DNA from: a virus
Lineage: Duplodnaviria > Caudoviricetes
Virus record (IMG/VR): IMGVR_UViG_3300020042_002353
Span: 1 to 25,623 of that record
DNA: 25,623 nt
Reading direction: 5' to 3' (one strand)
A program made the position numbers and the translations under genes. This document shows, piece after piece, positions 24,232 through 25,623 of this stretch; positions within the stretch are counted from its first letter, which is position 1, and each line of letters begins with the position of its first letter. The notes beneath the pieces were generated by a model. It was not told the origin of the DNA. It was given only the letters and a program-made list of their open reading frames with translations, and made no database searches.

Positions 24232-25621
24232 AGCAGAAAAAGTATTTAGATTCATAGACTTGTTTTAAATCTAATGTACCTTCTTCTGGAGATGGAAACG
24301 TAAAAGTATCTTTATTAAGCATCAATGTATCCATAAGATTATTAAAGAAGTCTGGCATATCATATTGAGCTACAAAGGTCATCTTAGTTACTTCTTGTAA
24401 GAAATCCACTTCACTGGCATGAGTACTAAAGCTGTCATGCACAGCACCAAAGTTACCATTAAAGATAGAAATAACGTTAGCCATATGAGCAGCATCGTAA
24501 CTATGAACGAGGTTAGGACTGATACCAGAAGCAAAAGAACGTCTACAAGGAACCTTTTCACCAGTCTCTTTATTGAGTACATCAACTTTAATAACATGTC
24601 TAATCCTTCCTTTAGGGTTTCCAGCAATACCTCTAATAGTACCTCTATGTTTTCGTTCATGCTGAAGAAATGCTTTATACACTACAGGGAATCCTGAAGG
24701 TGTATGCCATGATAACTGATTACGATTACAGTTAAGCTCATGTTCAGCAATCTTTTGTAAAAACTTAGTTGTTTTTAATGGACCAGAACATACAGCATTA
24801 ATAGCCTTAATAAGGTTACCTGCTAAATCTCCACATTCTTTTTCTGTAATACCATACTTAACAGTAAAGCCTTCTACATGACAGTCATCATACATATTTT
24901 TAGCAATACGTTGTTTACCTGCTGAATATGCACGAGTCATAGAGCCTCGTTTAGCAATACCCTTACGGATATCCTTCATAGGCATATTTTTTTCTTTAAA
25001 GTAGTCAGGCATAATATTAATAAGTTCTTTAGCCACAGCTACATAAAAGTCTTTTTGTATAGGTGTAGGTACTAATGATACTAATGTAGCTGCTTGTGTA
25101 TCTCTAGACATAGCTGCCAGATGCTGCCATCCATTATTACTACCATCAATAGGTATAGGAAAGCCAGACATGTGTTTCTTACCTTTACTTTTTGCTTGAA
25201 TGAAGTCTTTAATTTCAAGACAACAAGCTAATAAGCTATAAGGTTTTTCAGCTGATGTATCTATAGTATAAAACTTAGCAATGCTAGCTATTTTAGTTAG
25301 GTTATTATCTACCCATATAGCTCTGTCTTCAAGAGTCATTTTGTCAAGAGAGATAGTGTCTAACCCTTCTCCTTTTAAATAACTTTTATAGTCAGTAGTA
25401 AAGTAATGTGGTAATTTGTTAATATTAAATGATTCATTGAAACATCCAGCGGTATGTACCTTAAGCCAGAAGTAACCACGATCGTCCATCTCTTTTTTAT
25501 TCTGAAATAAAAAGAGACTACGGGCTAAGTCACTACCCTGAAACTCTAAGAAGGATTCAGCATAGTATACTCGACCACGATAGTCACAGGATACTTCTTG
25601 ATAGAAAGATCTATCACCAAT
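24230..25621 (-). CDS. T7-family single-subunit DNA-directed RNA polymerase, 5'-truncated by the window edge
   Basis: Frame is open to the window end. Manual extension gives ...SCDYRGRVYYAESFLEFQGSDLARSL (DxxGR motif), then PIDGSNNGWQH (A), KRGSMTRAYS (B), SPNLVHSYDA and AVHDSFST (C). Confidence 0.95.
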   Translation of the reverse strand: MGDRSFYQEVSCDYRGRVYYAESFLEFQGSDLARSLFLFQNKKEMDDRGYFWLKVHTAGCFNESFNINKLPHYFTTDYKSYLKGEGLDTISLDKMTLEDRAIWVDNNLTKIASIAKFYTIDTSAEKPYSLLACCLEIKDFIQAKSKGKKHMSGFPIPIDGSNNGWQHLAAMSRDTQAATLVSLVPTPIQKDFYVAVAKELINIMPDYFKEKNMPMKDIRKGIAKRGSMTRAYSAGKQRIAKNMYDDCHVEGFTVKYGITEKECGDLAGNLIKAINAVCSGPLKTTKFLQKIAEHELNCNRNQLSWHTPSGFPVVYKAFLQHERKHRGTIRGIAGNPKGRIRHVIKVDVLNKETGEKVPCRRSFASGISPNLVHSYDAAHMANVISIFNGNFGAVHDSFSTHASEVDFLQEVTKMTFVAQYDMPDFFNNLMDTLMLNKDTFTFPSPEEGTLDLKQVYESKYFFC

Positions 25622-25623
25622 TA

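Noticed and set aside
23126-24697. Alternative-frame ORFs inside nrdJ and the RNAP (23126-23314, 24388-24660, 24419-24697)
   Set aside because: Nested in conserved enzymes and lacking independent evidence; both host ORFs are uninterrupted, so no intron or frameshift is needed.
25489-25623. Possibility that the 419-aa RNAP ORF is a separate subunit as in N4 RNAPII
   Set aside because: The frame continues without a stop through DYRGR to the window edge; the ATG at 25489 appears internal.
1-25623. CRISPR array, integrase/IS element, DGR repeat pair, stop-codon reassignment
   Set aside because: No spaced direct repeats, recombinase or reverse transcriptase motifs were seen; TAA, TGA and TAG all terminate genes and the standard code gives dense coding.

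Overview
A 25.6-kb fragment of an AT-rich tailed phage, probably podovirus-like, with a Gram-negative host (it encodes Rz/Rz1 spanins). Two arms converge on a bidirectional terminator at about 20.5 kb. The + arm is the late/virion module. It carries a tail-fibre cassette (S74 chaperone fibre, C1q-like and lectin-like proteins, two small partner genes) and a lysis cassette (membrane proteins, an EF-hand holin candidate, embedded spanins, an M15A endolysin). These are followed by tail proteins, a GNAT-like protein and four predicted ejection proteins. The - arm carries a T7-family RNA polymerase (truncated by the window edge), class II ribonucleotide reductase, thioredoxin, three tRNA genes, a Dps/ferritin-like protein and small hypotheticals. 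The main result is that the last gene of the ejection operon (1204 aa) contains motifs A, B and C of a second, highly divergent single-subunit RNA polymerase. It is most plausibly a compact, stand-alone virion-packaged RNAP, so the phage would have two ssRNAPs. Other notable features: a repeated promoter-like motif AGNYGWCCCCTAATA on both arms, an ejection protein with repeated [YF]xxG[TS] motifs bracketing a beta-rich segment ending in Phe, an SNase-like domain on the largest ejection protein, a tRNA-Ile with an extra anticodon-arm base, and a probable ATT start codon. All family assignments come from motif recognition by eye; no searches were run.
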